From: an uncultured delta proteobacterium
GTDB taxonomy: Bacteria; Desulfobacterota; RBG-13-43-22
Length of the DNA: 64,000 nt
Assembly: GCA_963790475.1 (NCBI GenBank)
Contig: CAWBOS010000015.1
Coordinates: 96,001 to 160,000 of the forward strand
Direction of reading: 5' to 3'
Positions 63,138 to 64,000 of this stretch are shown piece by piece. Both the position numbers and the translations under genes were made by a program. Position 1 is the stretch's first letter. Each line of letters begins with the position of its first letter. The notes beneath the pieces are model-generated. The model saw only the letters and a program-made list of their open reading frames with translations, ran no database searches and was not told the DNA's origin.

Positions 63138-63234
63138 AGTGGACTCCTTAATTCCTTGCGATTATGTCGGATACTCAATATCAACGATAATCTCATTATG
63201 TCAGACATCAGGCTTCCGGCGTTCAGCTCGGGTA

Positions 63235-64000
63235 TCAGTTTCTCCTGGCTTTTAACTGCCGGATCATCTCCGGTACGATCTCAAAAAGATCTCCCACAAT
63301 ACCATAAGAGGCCACATCAAAGATAGGGGCATGGGGATCGATATTGATGGCCACAATGGTGTCCGCCGACTGCATACCGACCAGATGCTGAACCGCGCCG
63401 GAAACCCCGATGGCAATATACAATTTGGGGGCTACGGTCTTTCCGGTTTGTCCCACCTGATGGGCATAGGAAATCCAACCGGCATCCACAGCCCCCCGGG
63501 AAGCCCCGACTGCGGCATTCAACAGTTCGGCCAATTCCCGGATCAGGGCAAAATGCTTCTCCTCCTGCAATCCCCGGCCTCCGGTTACAATCACGTCAGC
63601 CTCGGCCAGACGCACCTTCTCGGTGATTTCTTCAACGATCTCCAGCAGCCGTGTTTTGGGGGTTATTTCAGCCCAGTCCAATTCCAGCGGGACAATTTCA
63701 CCCGAACGGCCGGGTTGGGGTAGTCCTTTTTTCATGACCTTGGACCTTACCGTAGCCATCTGAGGCCGTTTTTGGGGACAGATTATGGTGGCCATAATGT
63801 TTCCGCCAAAGGCCGGACGAGTCTGGAGTAAGAGACGTTGTATCGGTATCGATGGACAGGTCCGTACAATCGGCCGTCAACCCGGTCCCGATCTGGGTAG
63901 CCACCTTGGGAATAAAGGACCGGCCGATGGAGGTGGCCCCGGCCAGGACAATTTCAGGCCGATAAGTTCGTATGATCCGGGTCAGGCATTCTCCATAGAG
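63235..64000 (-). CDS. etfA: Electron transfer flavoprotein alpha subunit (5' end outside window), frameshift near 63835
   Basis: GLTADCT, TRPAFGGNIMATI, GGRG, QVGQTGKTVAPKLY..GVSGAVQH. Confidence 0.93.

Overview
Bacterial chromosome segment. The gene repertoire suggests an anaerobic Desulfobacterota/deltaproteobacterium (inference). Left half (1-37 kb), accessory and metabolic genes: a GAF histidine kinase, lgt, an Mla lipid-transport operon whose MlaF carries a degenerate GGDEF-like domain, and an aldehyde/alcohol-oxidation cluster (broken Mo-aldehyde oxidoreductase, IscU/IscA-like proteins, non-acylating ALDH fused to Fe-ADH). modABC and a porin-tupA'-tupABC operon follow, and all three units share a palindromic operator. 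Next come cytochrome c peroxidase, PolX and a radical SAM locus. Right half (37-64 kb), housekeeping: cysS, ispDF, rnpB, rpoD, dnaG, hisAB, rpsT, leuS, rib genes, nrdR, glyA, fab genes, etfA and two tRNAs. Best novelty candidate: an unannotated 45-codon ORF (32567-32704, minus) directly upstream of a radical SAM/SPASM gene. It has its own promoter and RBS, reads C-H-K-UGA-E-S-C-K-S-UGA-T-L-L-G-stop, and is followed by a SECIS-like hairpin. This fits a selenocysteine-containing RiPP precursor with its maturase and possibly a B12-dependent radical SAM. Also present: several genes hollowed out by internal deletions, a lone attC-like cassette, MITEs, and many period-7 repeat arrays in inverted pairs. 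Single-base frameshifts in essential genes are most likely sequencing errors.
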